DNA from: Candidatus Nanohaloarchaea archaeon
Lineage (GTDB): Archaea; Nanohalarchaeota; Nanosalinia; Nanosalinales; Nanosalinaceae
Assembly: GCA_014297435.1 (NCBI GenBank)
Contig: JACOQA010000002.1
Location: forward strand, 185,961-249,960
Reading direction: 5' to 3'
Length of the DNA stretch: 64,000 nt
Position numbers and translations under genes: made by a program. Below, one piece after another: positions 10,427-19,176 of this stretch (its first letter is position 1; each line of letters opens with the position of its first letter). The notes beneath the pieces are model-generated. The model was not told where the DNA came from and searched no databases. It worked only from the letters and a program-made list of their open reading frames with translations.

Positions 10427-11287
10427 ATGGCTGATATAGGTACTTCGGTTACGTTAGCGTCAGTCATAGTCGGCATGCTTGCCATACCTGCCGCATCACA
10501 AAGCCTAGGCGAAGGACAAGATCTAATATCCTCGCCGCCCAATATCTCAGCAAACTCAGAAACCCCAAGACAGGTATCTGTAAACAGGACAACCGATGGA
10601 ATAACCAAAAGTATACAGACAGCTATACAGAGCTTCAAAGCAAAAGTAGGTTCTGAAGGAGCCTCAGCAAAGCTTCAAGGTCCATCAACATCACTAGAGG
10701 TAAATAGAGAGCCCGGAAAAACAGTATGGAAACTGAAAAGCAGCGAGGGAACGCTCGAACTAGTCAAAAGTTCTACCAAGACTCAGAAAACGGTTGAAAC
10801 TTCAGAAGGAACATTAAAGATCACGAAAGCAGATGGAAAAACTTCCAGAAGCTTCGAAGGAACAAGCAGAAAACAGCTCAAGAAATCGATGGAAACCCTT
10901 GAAACCAAGATGGAACAAAAACTCGAGGAAGCGCGTGGAAAGATCAACGCCACAACAACACATCAGGAAAACGGTCAGACAATAGTTCAGACGGGACTAG
11001 AGATATCGGTCAGCCCCGAAACGCCAGAGTATATCACTATCAAAAACTCGGGCGAATTCAGAAATCTTGAGGGCTGGAAGCTTCAGAACAACAATCCGGA
11101 CACGCACGAATTTGGAAATCTGGAGCTGAACGCTTCTGAGTCTATCAGGGTTTACACGGCTGAAGATGAGGACATAAACTACACAGGCAGAGCAGTATAT
11201 GACACAGGACTCTCCTGGGAAGACGGTGGAGACACTGTCACGCTCAGAAAACCCGACGAAACAAAGGCTGCGGAAAAAACTTACTGA
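10427..11287 (+). CDS. Secreted protein with a C-terminal lamin-tail-like domain
   Basis: Signal peptide; EYITIKNSG..LEGWKL...W..GGDTVTL pattern typical of LTD. Confidence 0.65.
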   Translation: MADIGTSVTLASVIVGMLAIPAASQSLGEGQDLISSPPNISANSETPRQVSVNRTTDGITKSIQTAIQSFKAKVGSEGASAKLQGPSTSLEVNREPGKTVWKLKSSEGTLELVKSSTKTQKTVETSEGTLKITKADGKTSRSFEGTSRKQLKKSMETLETKMEQKLEEARGKINATTTHQENGQTIVQTGLEISVSPETPEYITIKNSGEFRNLEGWKLQNNNPDTHEFGNLELNASESIRVYTAEDEDINYTGRAVYDTGLSWEDGGDTVTLRKPDETKAAEKTY

Positions 11288-11532
11288 CGCTTACGCAGCG
11301 TAAACCTTTCCTCTTTTCCTATTTTCTTCACGACATCATCTTCAACTTCGACATAGAAACTGTTGATCTTTGGTAACCCTGAGTTCTTTAGACCGAGGAC
11401 TGCGCTTAAAACGACGTACCCGTAGCCCATGAGCATAAACGAGGTGTTGTTGAAGCCGATCAACTTTACAGTCAAGACTGCTAAGCCCGAAAAACCTGTT
11501 CCCAAAAGCAAGGAGAATTTAAGATCGTCCAT
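11281..11532 (-). CDS. Small membrane protein
   Basis: Two hydrophobic segments; fills the gap between neighbouring genes. Confidence 0.6.
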   Translation of the reverse strand: MDDLKFSLLLGTGFSGLAVLTVKLIGFNNTSFMLMGYGYVVLSAVLGLKNSGLPKINSFYVEVEDDVVKKIGKEERFTLRKRQ

Positions 11533-11584
11533 GAAAACCTTGGAATCGAACTAGACTAAAAGAATTCCTTCAAAATCATATAAC

Positions 11585-11959
11585 GTGAAAGGTGTATACG
11601 TGGTTTTTGCGTTCCTAGAGCGCGACAAGGATATAGAGATCGGCGCATTAGGAACCATAGAGTTCGAAAAAGGAGTTTACGCATACGTAGGATCCGGACA
11701 GAACTCGCTTGAAAAACGCCTCAAACGACACTTCGCCCCTACAGAGGACAAACACTGGCATATCGATTACTTCACCTCAGAAGCCCGGGTATTCGACTTT
11801 TTCGCCGTACCGGAAGGTCCAAACTACGAATGCACATTAGCTCAACATTTGTCAAACCGGTCTAAACCGGTAGAAAGATTCGGCTCATCAGATTGTAGTT
11901 GTGCGTCTCATCTGTTCAAACTGCCGGAAAGCTTTTCACAGTCAAAAACTAGGTTTTGA
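11585..11959 (+). CDS. GIY-YIG-like nuclease (DUF123)
   Basis: KGVY...YAYVGS...RLKRH...HWHIDY...FGSSDCSCASHL. Confidence 0.88.
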   Translation: MKGVYVVFAFLERDKDIEIGALGTIEFEKGVYAYVGSGQNSLEKRLKRHFAPTEDKHWHIDYFTSEARVFDFFAVPEGPNYECTLAQHLSNRSKPVERFGSSDCSCASHLFKLPESFSQSKTRF

Positions 11960-12147
11960 ACATGTTCTTCCAGTGTCCTGACTGCGGCTACAAACAAAGA
12001 TCAAAGGCAAAGAAAAGGGTTCAGTGCCACCGCTGCGGAAGAAGCTACAAGAAAAGCGACGCAAAAAAGTTCGAAAACAAAACGCAAGGCGTCGACCAGG
12101 AAGAAGCCGACAAAGCCAACTTCCACAAGTACTCAAGAAAAGACTAG
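11956..12147 (+). CDS. Small zinc-ribbon protein
   Basis: CPDCG and CHRCG pairs. Confidence 0.75.
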   Translation: MNMFFQCPDCGYKQRSKAKKRVQCHRCGRSYKKSDAKKFENKTQGVDQEEADKANFHKYSRKD

Positions 12148-12189
12148 GAAACAGAGGGTATTTGAGATTTTCAAGATAACTAATTCTAC

Positions 12190-13053
12190 ATGGAAAGACA
12201 CGAAATCGCTGCAGAAAACTTTGATCTAGAGCTGACGATGACATGCGGTCAGACCTTCTGCTGGCACCGAACCAAAGGAGATCTTTACGGAGAGGGTACT
12301 TCTAAGTTCTATACTTACAGGGATAAAAAGCCGATATTTGTAGAGCAGGAAGGAGATGTGATATTTGCTGAAACTGAACATTCGAAAGAAGAAGTGAAAA
12401 AGGCGCTTGGACTTCATAAAGACCTTGAATCTGTATTCTCTAACCTTCCAGAGGATGAAAGCCTTGAGAAAGCTAGGGAAGAGTACTGGGGTCTCAGAGT
12501 AGTCAATGATGATTTTTTCCAGTGTCTAATAGGTTATCTTTTGTCTCCGCAGAACAGGATTCCACGCATAAAGGAGATGTTTGATGAGATCGCCAGAAAC
12601 TTTGGAAGCGTTGAACAGGTTAATGGTGAGGAGGTTCTGCGTTTCCCGACGCCAGAAGAACTGTCGAAAGCATCGGAGGATGATTTAAGAGCTATAGGAA
12701 CAGGTTATAGAGCTAAATACATAGTTGAGACGCTGGATATTCTTCAGGACGGCTTCGATCATAATGAGCTTGATTCGATGGATTATGTTGAAGCAAGAGA
12801 ACACATGCAGAACCTTTACGGTGTTGGAGACAAGGTCGCGGACTGCGTACTACTGTTCTCGAAAGGTTTTCATGAGGCCGCACCAATTGACACGTGGGGT
12901 AAGAAATTCCTAGAACAGCTTTATCCTGAATTACATTCTGAGGACTACGAGGAGGCATCGGAAAACATGCGTGAACATTTCGGGGAACACACGGGTTACG
13001 CCCAAGAATATCTCTTCCACGCTGCAAGAAACGGGGTGATTGAGGTAGAATGA
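12190..13053 (+). CDS. 8-oxoguanine DNA glycosylase (OGG1-type, HhH-GPD)
   Basis: TMTCGQTFCW N-domain, GYRAKY, GVGDKVADCVLLF, PIDT and GYAQEYLF motifs. Confidence 0.88.
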   Translation: MERHEIAAENFDLELTMTCGQTFCWHRTKGDLYGEGTSKFYTYRDKKPIFVEQEGDVIFAETEHSKEEVKKALGLHKDLESVFSNLPEDESLEKAREEYWGLRVVNDDFFQCLIGYLLSPQNRIPRIKEMFDEIARNFGSVEQVNGEEVLRFPTPEELSKASEDDLRAIGTGYRAKYIVETLDILQDGFDHNELDSMDYVEAREHMQNLYGVGDKVADCVLLFSKGFHEAAPIDTWGKKFLEQLYPELHSEDYEEASENMREHFGEHTGYAQEYLFHAARNGVIEVE

Positions 13054-13265
13054 TTGAGATAGAGTTTGTAAGAGATGATCTTGAATCCGAGAAGGAGAAA
13101 AATCTTGAGGTTGAGGAAGGTACTACGATCGAATATCTTCTGGAAGAAGAAGGTATCGAAGCCCAAGAGGTTCTAGTCGCGAAGAACGGCACAATAATAT
13201 CTGGTAAACATGAATTAGAGGATGGAGATAGTTTGACTGTGATGGATGTTATCGCAGGCGGGTGA
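13050..13265 (+). CDS. Ubiquitin-like SAMP/ThiS/MoaD family protein
   Basis: 71 aa beta-grasp pattern ending VIAGG. Confidence 0.85.
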   Translation: MIEIEFVRDDLESEKEKNLEVEEGTTIEYLLEEEGIEAQEVLVAKNGTIISGKHELEDGDSLTVMDVIAGG

Positions 13266-13298
13266 AGCTTTTATTGTCTAACGTTTAACGTGATACTG

Positions 13299-13625
13299 AT
13301 GGATTTCCTCGATACCGATGGGAAGGACGAGAAAGATATCATATTCGAAGTCTTCGATCTCAACGGACTTCAGCGCTCTCTATTTAAAGAGATGAAGTCG
13401 GCAAAACTTACGGTAAAAGAACTTTCTAACCGGGTTGACCGGAACCGTTCAACAGTTCAGAGAGCCTTACAGGACATGATGGACAAAGACATCATTATGA
13501 GGGAGGGTAAAACTGATCGAACCGTGTACTATGTTTATACTACTCTTCCGATGGAGGATATCCGTGAAGTCACCTTGGACGCTCTGGACTCCTGGCACCG
13601 GAACGTGAAGGAACGTTTAGGTTAG
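13299..13625 (+). CDS. Winged-helix transcriptional regulator (TrmB-like)
   Basis: LTVKELSNRVDRNRSTVQRALQDM HTH followed by a YYVY wing. Confidence 0.8.
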   Translation: MDFLDTDGKDEKDIIFEVFDLNGLQRSLFKEMKSAKLTVKELSNRVDRNRSTVQRALQDMMDKDIIMREGKTDRTVYYVYTTLPMEDIREVTLDALDSWHRNVKERLG

Positions 13626-13918
13626 AACTTCCAGAAGAGGAACGCGAAATAGAGCAGCGTGACCACCTGACTTACAATAGGTAGAACAGCTTCAATACCA
13701 TACCCCGCAAAGATGTTCAACAAACCAAGTCCGGTAACCACGATAACAACGTTCTCCGAATAATCGATTAAACTATCTAAGTAGTAATCTAAGTCTTGGT
13801 TCTCTATTAATGTATCGACGCCTACAGCTACCAGAAAATACTTCACGATTATAGTTGAGAATATCCAGGACTGTTCAACCCACTGGAATCCGAAACCGAT
13901 TAGCTGATCGAGAACCAT
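13622..13918 (-). CDS. Small membrane protein
   Basis: Three hydrophobic segments. Confidence 0.6.
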   Translation of the reverse strand: MVLDQLIGFGFQWVEQSWIFSTIIVKYFLVAVGVDTLIENQDLDYYLDSLIDYSENVVIVVTGLGLLNIFAGYGIEAVLPIVSQVVTLLYFAFLFWKF

Positions 13919-13948
13919 AGATAAAAGATTAAGAAGTGAGGTTAAAAA

Positions 13949-14215
13949 TTATTCCTCGACTTCGTCGGTCTTGAAGTCCTTGATAATTACGATGTCGTCG
14001 ACCGACTCAACCATCCTGTAAGGGATAACGACGTTGCGCGTACCGCCTACCTTCTGCGCTAGGTAAGAGCCTTTCTGCGCGCCGACAACAACCGCTCTAA
14101 CAGCGAACTTGCCGAGGTTGATCTCTATATCTTTTAGCTTTCCGCAGTAGGAGCCACTCTTAGTGAAAACGTCTTTCTCCTCGATGTTCGAAAAGTCCAG
14201 GATGTTGTCAGCCAT
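13949..14215 (-). CDS. PRC-barrel domain protein (CdpB-like)
   Basis: KDVFTKSGSYCGKLKDIEI...VIPYRMVESVDDIVII. Confidence 0.85.
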   Translation of the reverse strand: MADNILDFSNIEEKDVFTKSGSYCGKLKDIEINLGKFAVRAVVVGAQKGSYLAQKVGGTRNVVIPYRMVESVDDIVIIKDFKTDEVEE

Positions 14216-14356
14216 AGTTTTGAACCACTTTACAGTAAATCCTGTTCTACAGAAACTTATATACCTTGTCTCCGTGACTACACTGAGCCAGTTTAATGAA
14301 CTTCAGAAGACTCGAACCATTTTAAACAGTTGGAGTTGGTTTAGTTACTACAAGAA

Positions 14357-14445
14357 GTCAGGGTGGCGGAGTGGTCTAACGCGGTGGCTTGCTAAGCCAT
14401 TGAGGGTATTACGCTCTCACCCGGGTTCAAATCCCGGCCCTGGCG
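14357..14445 (+). tRNA. tRNA-Ser(GCT)
   Basis: GTCAGGG/CCCTGGC acceptor stem, GTGGC-TT-GCT-AA-GCCAT anticodon arm, long variable arm, CCGGG-TTCAAAT-CCCGG T arm; CCA not encoded. Confidence 0.95.
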
Positions 14446-14995
14446 TCCCACATTCTGCTTCAATCTCCAGTTCTTCGACTGCCGTTACAGCAGCTTGTCT
14501 TGCCGACTCCCTTGTAGATTCTTTGTTCCTCCATTTGCCGGGCTCATATTCCTTTGAATAGAAATTGTCGTATATGCTTCCATCCTCTCTTTGAGCGAAT
14601 CTTACAGGGTACTCGGACTCTGCTAGTTCGGAGAAAGAGGTGAACTCGTCTCCGTGTTTTTCCTGGTTCTCAACTTGGCTTCGGTTAGGCATTTCAGGAT
14701 CTGAGTAGAATTCAGTTGAATCAGGGAATCCTTCTGTTTCCTCAAATCTTTCTCTAAAAAGCGCTCTAATGTCCTCGCCACTTAGATCGATATTTTCTGG
14801 TCTTTTGTCAAAACGGTATCTTGCATTCTTCATGCCGTTGTAGCGTCTTTCAATCGCCCTTGAAGGAGCTTTGTTAATATTCTCCAATTTCTCTCTAGTG
14901 ATTCTTTCTCCTTCTTCCAGTATCTCGTCTTTTATGACTTCTAGGCAGGCGTCGGTGTAACGTTTAGTCCATTTGAATTTTCTATCTTCGTACAT
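14417..14995 (-). CDS. Hypothetical protein with two possible homing-endonuclease-associated helical repeats; its 3' end overlaps tRNA-Ser on the opposite strand
   Basis: 192 aa ORF with segments WTKRYTDACLEVIK..PSRAIERRYNGMKNA and LSGEDIRALF..FPDSTEF..PNRSQVEN. Confidence 0.5.
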   Translation of the reverse strand: MYEDRKFKWTKRYTDACLEVIKDEILEEGERITREKLENINKAPSRAIERRYNGMKNARYRFDKRPENIDLSGEDIRALFRERFEETEGFPDSTEFYSDPEMPNRSQVENQEKHGDEFTSFSELAESEYPVRFAQREDGSIYDNFYSKEYEPGKWRNKESTRESARQAAVTAVEELEIEAECGTPGPGFEPG

Positions 14996-15049
14996 CAGGT
15001 TTTGAACGTATGAAAGATGTATTCCGATGTTTTCTGCAGCTTCAGCATC

Positions 15050-15355
15050 CTATATCTGGTAGGTATGACCGTTTTCACCCCATCTTTCGATTATTCCTTC
15101 TTTGGCTAAGTAAGCTGCCGCTCTTCTCTCATCAGTTTCTTTCAGACTTATCCAGTTACTTCCATTTGATTTTTGGGCTACATGGTGGAAGCTATCTGCA
15201 CGGTTAGCAAGAATCGATAGGTGTTGAGGGCTTTCAAACGCTAGTTCGACCGCTCTTTTTGCCAGTTCATCCTGTTCCTTAACCCAAACCTTTTCTTCAT
15301 TCACAAGCAGCAAATAATCTTCAATTTTAAGTGTGTCAATCTGTTAAAAACTCAT
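15050..15355 (-). pseudogene. Probable degraded hypothetical gene
   Basis: The in-frame ATG at 15355 reads ATG AGT TTT TAA before the frame continues into the 87-aa ORF. Confidence 0.4.
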
Positions 15356-15450
15356 GGTTTGCCTATCTGTAGAAAGGATTCCGGAAGTTCGCAGATGGAC
15401 TATTGAGAGAATTCTATATACAGGCTTTAACCCGTTTTTAGATTGTGAAT

Positions 15451-15810
15451 CTAGTCTCTGGCTTTAGATATCAATATTTCTCTCTGAACGTGATATGACT
15501 CACGTCTAATCATAGTTATGTAGCTTACAACTCCGTAGAGGACAATTATGAGTGTTGTACCAAGGTATGACGCCATTCTTTGAAGAATTTTGGCCTGCGG
15601 GAGACCAAATGTTGCTGCAACAGAAGTGATTATTGAGGCATAAAGGAGAGCTCTAAGAAAAGACTGAATGAGTTTGAAGTTTCTATAATATGCTAGAGAA
15701 CGCTCATATCTTTCTAACTCCTTTCCATCCAGTTTGTCCTCTAGGAAATCTTTCACCTCTTTATCAGCTTTTCCAAGAGGAGTCAACTCGAAAAGGTAGT
15801 CCTTAATCAC
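15451..15810 (-). CDS. Two-TM membrane protein
   Basis: Hydrophilic N-terminus plus two TM helices. Confidence 0.65.
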   Translation of the reverse strand: MIKDYLFELTPLGKADKEVKDFLEDKLDGKELERYERSLAYYRNFKLIQSFLRALLYASIITSVAATFGLPQAKILQRMASYLGTTLIIVLYGVVSYITMIRRESYHVQREILISKARD

Positions 15811-15886
15811 AGAACTGGGTTCTGGTTCTAGCTTAAAATAACGACCGCCATGAGATATTAAACATTCGTAGCTAGTAATCTATACT

Positions 15887-17011
15887 ATGAACAAGATAAA
15901 AGCAGCTTTGGCGGCGCTATCTCTCATAACTCTGGGGGTCGTGTTGGGAGGTACAGCGAGCTTCGTCCAGCTTCAGGGTCAGATAGACCAGCTCAACAGT
16001 TCGATTCAGGATAGAGAAACAAGGGTTGTAAGCGTACAGTATTCTGGAGAGAGAGCTGTCAGCGAGATCTTTGATAGCGCAGATCAGTCGGTGGTTTCGA
16101 TCGCAGCCTTTGGAGAACAGGACTCTCAGGGCTCAGGATTTGTCTACAGTAAGAATGGATATATAGTGACAAACCATCACGTCGTGGATGGAGCAAGCCA
16201 GATAGAAGTAACATTTACTGATGGATCGACCAAAAATGCAAGAATCGTCGGATCCGATCCCTATACTGATTTAGCAGTTCTAAAAGTGAAAAAAGAAGGT
16301 TTGAGACCTCTTGAGCTTGCGGACTCTTCAAATGTAACTGTCGGACGGAAAGCTATCGCTATCGGAAACCCATTCGGACTAAGAAGTTCTGTAACTCTTG
16401 GAATAATAAGCCAGAAGGGGAGAACACTAAGGACTTCTGAAGAGTTCTCTACTCCTAATGTTTTACAGACGGATGCAGCGATTAATCCAGGTAACTCGGG
16501 AGGTCCTCTAATGAACATAAATGGAGATGTTGTAGGCGTTAACACAGCGATAGAAAGTAGAACCGGAACTTTCTCAGGTGTCGGATTTGCAATACCTTCA
16601 AACACCGTAAAAACCGTAGTGCCTGAAATTATTGCAGAGGGAGACTACGAACATCCGTGGATAGGCGTCTCAGGCTTTGATCTAACTCCAGAACTTTCAA
16701 GGAGAATGGGGTTAAACACCACATCAGGTTTCCTTGTAATTGATGTCGTGGATGATGGTCCGGCAGCAAAAGCTGGTGTATTGGAAGGAGGTACAACGAT
16801 AGATTACAGAGGCAGAAAACTGGATATTGGAGGAGACGTAATAGTAGGTATTGGCGATCAGAAAGCCAGGGGAATCAACGACATACTTCTGTATCTCTCA
16901 AGACAGACAGAAGTTGGGGATACTGTTAATCTTGAGATTATAAGAGATGGTGAAAGAAAGACGGTTTCACTCACTTTGGATCAGAGGCCTGAAGCGAACG
17001 TTCTTGACTAA
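15887..17011 (+). CDS. htrA: HtrA/DegP-like serine protease with PDZ domain
   Basis: GSGF, TNHHVV, DLAVL and TDAAINPGNSGGPL motifs; C-terminal PDZ; N-terminal anchor. Confidence 0.93.
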   Translation: MNKIKAALAALSLITLGVVLGGTASFVQLQGQIDQLNSSIQDRETRVVSVQYSGERAVSEIFDSADQSVVSIAAFGEQDSQGSGFVYSKNGYIVTNHHVVDGASQIEVTFTDGSTKNARIVGSDPYTDLAVLKVKKEGLRPLELADSSNVTVGRKAIAIGNPFGLRSSVTLGIISQKGRTLRTSEEFSTPNVLQTDAAINPGNSGGPLMNINGDVVGVNTAIESRTGTFSGVGFAIPSNTVKTVVPEIIAEGDYEHPWIGVSGFDLTPELSRRMGLNTTSGFLVIDVVDDGPAAKAGVLEGGTTIDYRGRKLDIGGDVIVGIGDQKARGINDILLYLSRQTEVGDTVNLEIIRDGERKTVSLTLDQRPEANVLD

Positions 17012-17988
17012 GGAGAGTACCTGAGTAGGGCTGCTATGCCTCCAAAGTTTTCTATTCTTTCGCCAGCCTCGTGATCTGTATGTACTAGAACTGTTTCTCC
17101 GCCTTGCCTCTCGACCTGTTTTTTTAGCTCAGAGTTCTCTCTGTTCTGTTCAGGCGTTATTAGCAGTTTCTTAACAGCGCCCATTTCTGCCAGATTTTTC
17201 ACCGGTTCGCCGTAGCTTGCGTCTCCTTCTTTCTCCAGTTCCTCAAGAAAGCTTTCTACAGCTTTTGATTCCTCTGATATTCTAGATTCCTCGACTACTT
17301 TCTCGAGAGCTCCGCGTTTTATTGCTTCGTGAAGCCCAGTCTTTCCGGTAACCGAAGTATCTTGTAGGAAGGTTTTTTGCTGAAGATCTTCGCTCAGAAG
17401 GTTGTAAACTTTGTTCTTCTGCATTCCTGGACCGCATAGAATCAGGTTGTCTTTGTCTGTACGTTCAAGCACGTTCCTGACTTTCTCGTAGAAATCTTCT
17501 CCTGTTTTCTGGTCGGCATACATCTTGCCAGGAATGTTCTCCTCGACCTTGGAAAGATCTCTTATACCTGATTCTTCCACTATGAAGAAGTCTGCGGAAC
17601 CCTTCTCTACAAGACAGAAAAGAACAGAGTACGAACGTTTCTCTTCCCATTCTTCCAGTTTCTTCCAGTCCTCTTTGGTAAACTCGCGTTCGATTTCGAA
17701 TGTTGATCCGGCTTCAAGATTGAAGGTGTGGTAGCCGAGCTCTATATCGTCCGCACCTTTAGTTATCTCTCCCGTAACTCTCAAACGGTCGTTTTCGTAA
17801 GCAGTCTTCTCAACTTCTAATGTTAAGGTACAAGTCTTCTTTTCCCGTCCATCAAGCTTGGTTCTCTGTGTTAAAGACCTTACAAGGTCTCCTTTGCGTA
17901 TAAAGTCTTTCAGCCTCCAGAGATCGTCGTCATTCTCTATCTCTATCTCGGCGTATCCTGAGTTCCGATCTGTTTTGAGTAGCTTCAT
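17008..17988 (-). CDS. pelA: Pelota ribosome rescue factor
   Basis: DDLWRL, RLRVTG, LGYHT, IPGK, CGPG and FGGIAALLRY motifs. Confidence 0.92.
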   Translation of the reverse strand: MKLLKTDRNSGYAEIEIENDDDLWRLKDFIRKGDLVRSLTQRTKLDGREKKTCTLTLEVEKTAYENDRLRVTGEITKGADDIELGYHTFNLEAGSTFEIEREFTKEDWKKLEEWEEKRSYSVLFCLVEKGSADFFIVEESGIRDLSKVEENIPGKMYADQKTGEDFYEKVRNVLERTDKDNLILCGPGMQKNKVYNLLSEDLQQKTFLQDTSVTGKTGLHEAIKRGALEKVVEESRISEESKAVESFLEELEKEGDASYGEPVKNLAEMGAVKKLLITPEQNRENSELKKQVERQGGETVLVHTDHEAGERIENFGGIAALLRYSP

Positions 17989-18042
17989 AGGGACGTAACT
18001 GCTACCTACAAATAAAAACCTCCAGTCGATACCATAATTATT

Positions 18043-19173
18043 ATGGAGGAGAAGTTTGGCGCCGTCCTCGCCGCAGGACTTGCAGTCTTCGGTCTAATGT
18101 TCGTACTAAACCAGGGAGGCTTAGACCTCAACCAGCAACAGGAGATGGACAGACAAGTATTTCTTGATAAGAACATAGGTCAAGTAGGCAAGTCCAATCC
18201 GGACCGAAGAACTATCGATTTCGGAAGTTTCACGGTAGGTGAAACAAGAGGAGACATCCAAGGTTATTACAATGAGAAAGCAAGTATAAGCGACTCTCTA
18301 TTTGGCGGAGAGAGCATAAAGTTTTCTTACAAGGCAGAACAACCATTAGAAGGCAACATAACCTTTGAGGTTCTCGGAAGAAGCGGTAAAGGTTCTGTAT
18401 GGGTAAAAGCAAACGGCAAAAAAGTATTTGAGGAGCCTTTAATCTCTACTTCAAGACCTCAAGTAAGCATACCTCAGGAAAGAATCAAACGTGGAGAAAA
18501 CGACTTTGAGATTGGTGTTAAGAGACCAGGTATTTTCTCAAGCTCTTCCTACACTCTTGAAGAAGTCGAACTAAGGGTTAACGATCGAAAGTTCCACGAT
18601 TTCGAAGAAACCTTTAATCTTTACGGATACGAGCTATCAGACTATATTGCAAGCCCTCTAAGCTTTTCTATATCGGACTCGATTAAGACTGCACCTCTAA
18701 GAATCTACGTGAATGGCGAGCAGATCTACTCGAAGCAGCAGGTAAGGGTTTCAGCTGAAGAGGTAAAGGTGACGCCGCAGAACTCAAATATTCATCCTGG
18801 AGCCAACTCTATCACTTTCGAAACAGATCAGCCCGCAAAATACTCTATCGGAAGCGCAGATCTAACAGTAAGATACTTAGGAAATGTAGCACAGCAAGAG
18901 ATAGTCGACTATTTTGAGGCAAACGAACAATTTGCTTCCCGTGAGGACACAACAGAGAAGATCAGCTTCGACTATCAAAATCTCTTACCTTCGCCAAGAC
19001 CTCTTAGAATCGAACTTAACGACTTTAACACAACTTTGACGCCAGACAACACAGTCAACAACATCACCCTGCCTGAAGATACAATCAATAGACACAATCA
19101 AATCAGGTTGAACAGTAACGGGACTTACAAAATCGATTCTTTAAAGGTCATATCCGAGAAGCAAGAGGAATAG
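18043..19173 (+). CDS. Membrane-anchored beta-rich surface protein
   Basis: N-terminal TM and internally repeated beta-sandwich-like segments (VKANGKKVF / IYVNGEQIY..PGANSITF). Confidence 0.65.
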   Translation: MEEKFGAVLAAGLAVFGLMFVLNQGGLDLNQQQEMDRQVFLDKNIGQVGKSNPDRRTIDFGSFTVGETRGDIQGYYNEKASISDSLFGGESIKFSYKAEQPLEGNITFEVLGRSGKGSVWVKANGKKVFEEPLISTSRPQVSIPQERIKRGENDFEIGVKRPGIFSSSSYTLEEVELRVNDRKFHDFEETFNLYGYELSDYIASPLSFSISDSIKTAPLRIYVNGEQIYSKQQVRVSAEEVKVTPQNSNIHPGANSITFETDQPAKYSIGSADLTVRYLGNVAQQEIVDYFEANEQFASREDTTEKISFDYQNLLPSPRPLRIELNDFNTTLTPDNTVNNITLPEDTINRHNQIRLNSNGTYKIDSLKVISEKQEE

Positions 19174-19176
19174 AAA

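Noticed and set aside
14417-14450. PGPGFEPG tail as part of a split SSV-type integrase
   Set aside because: It is simply the antisense translation of the tRNA T arm, and the ORF has no integrase motifs
14163-14561. 132-aa ORF on the plus strand
   Set aside because: It spans tRNA-Ser and overlaps two better-supported genes
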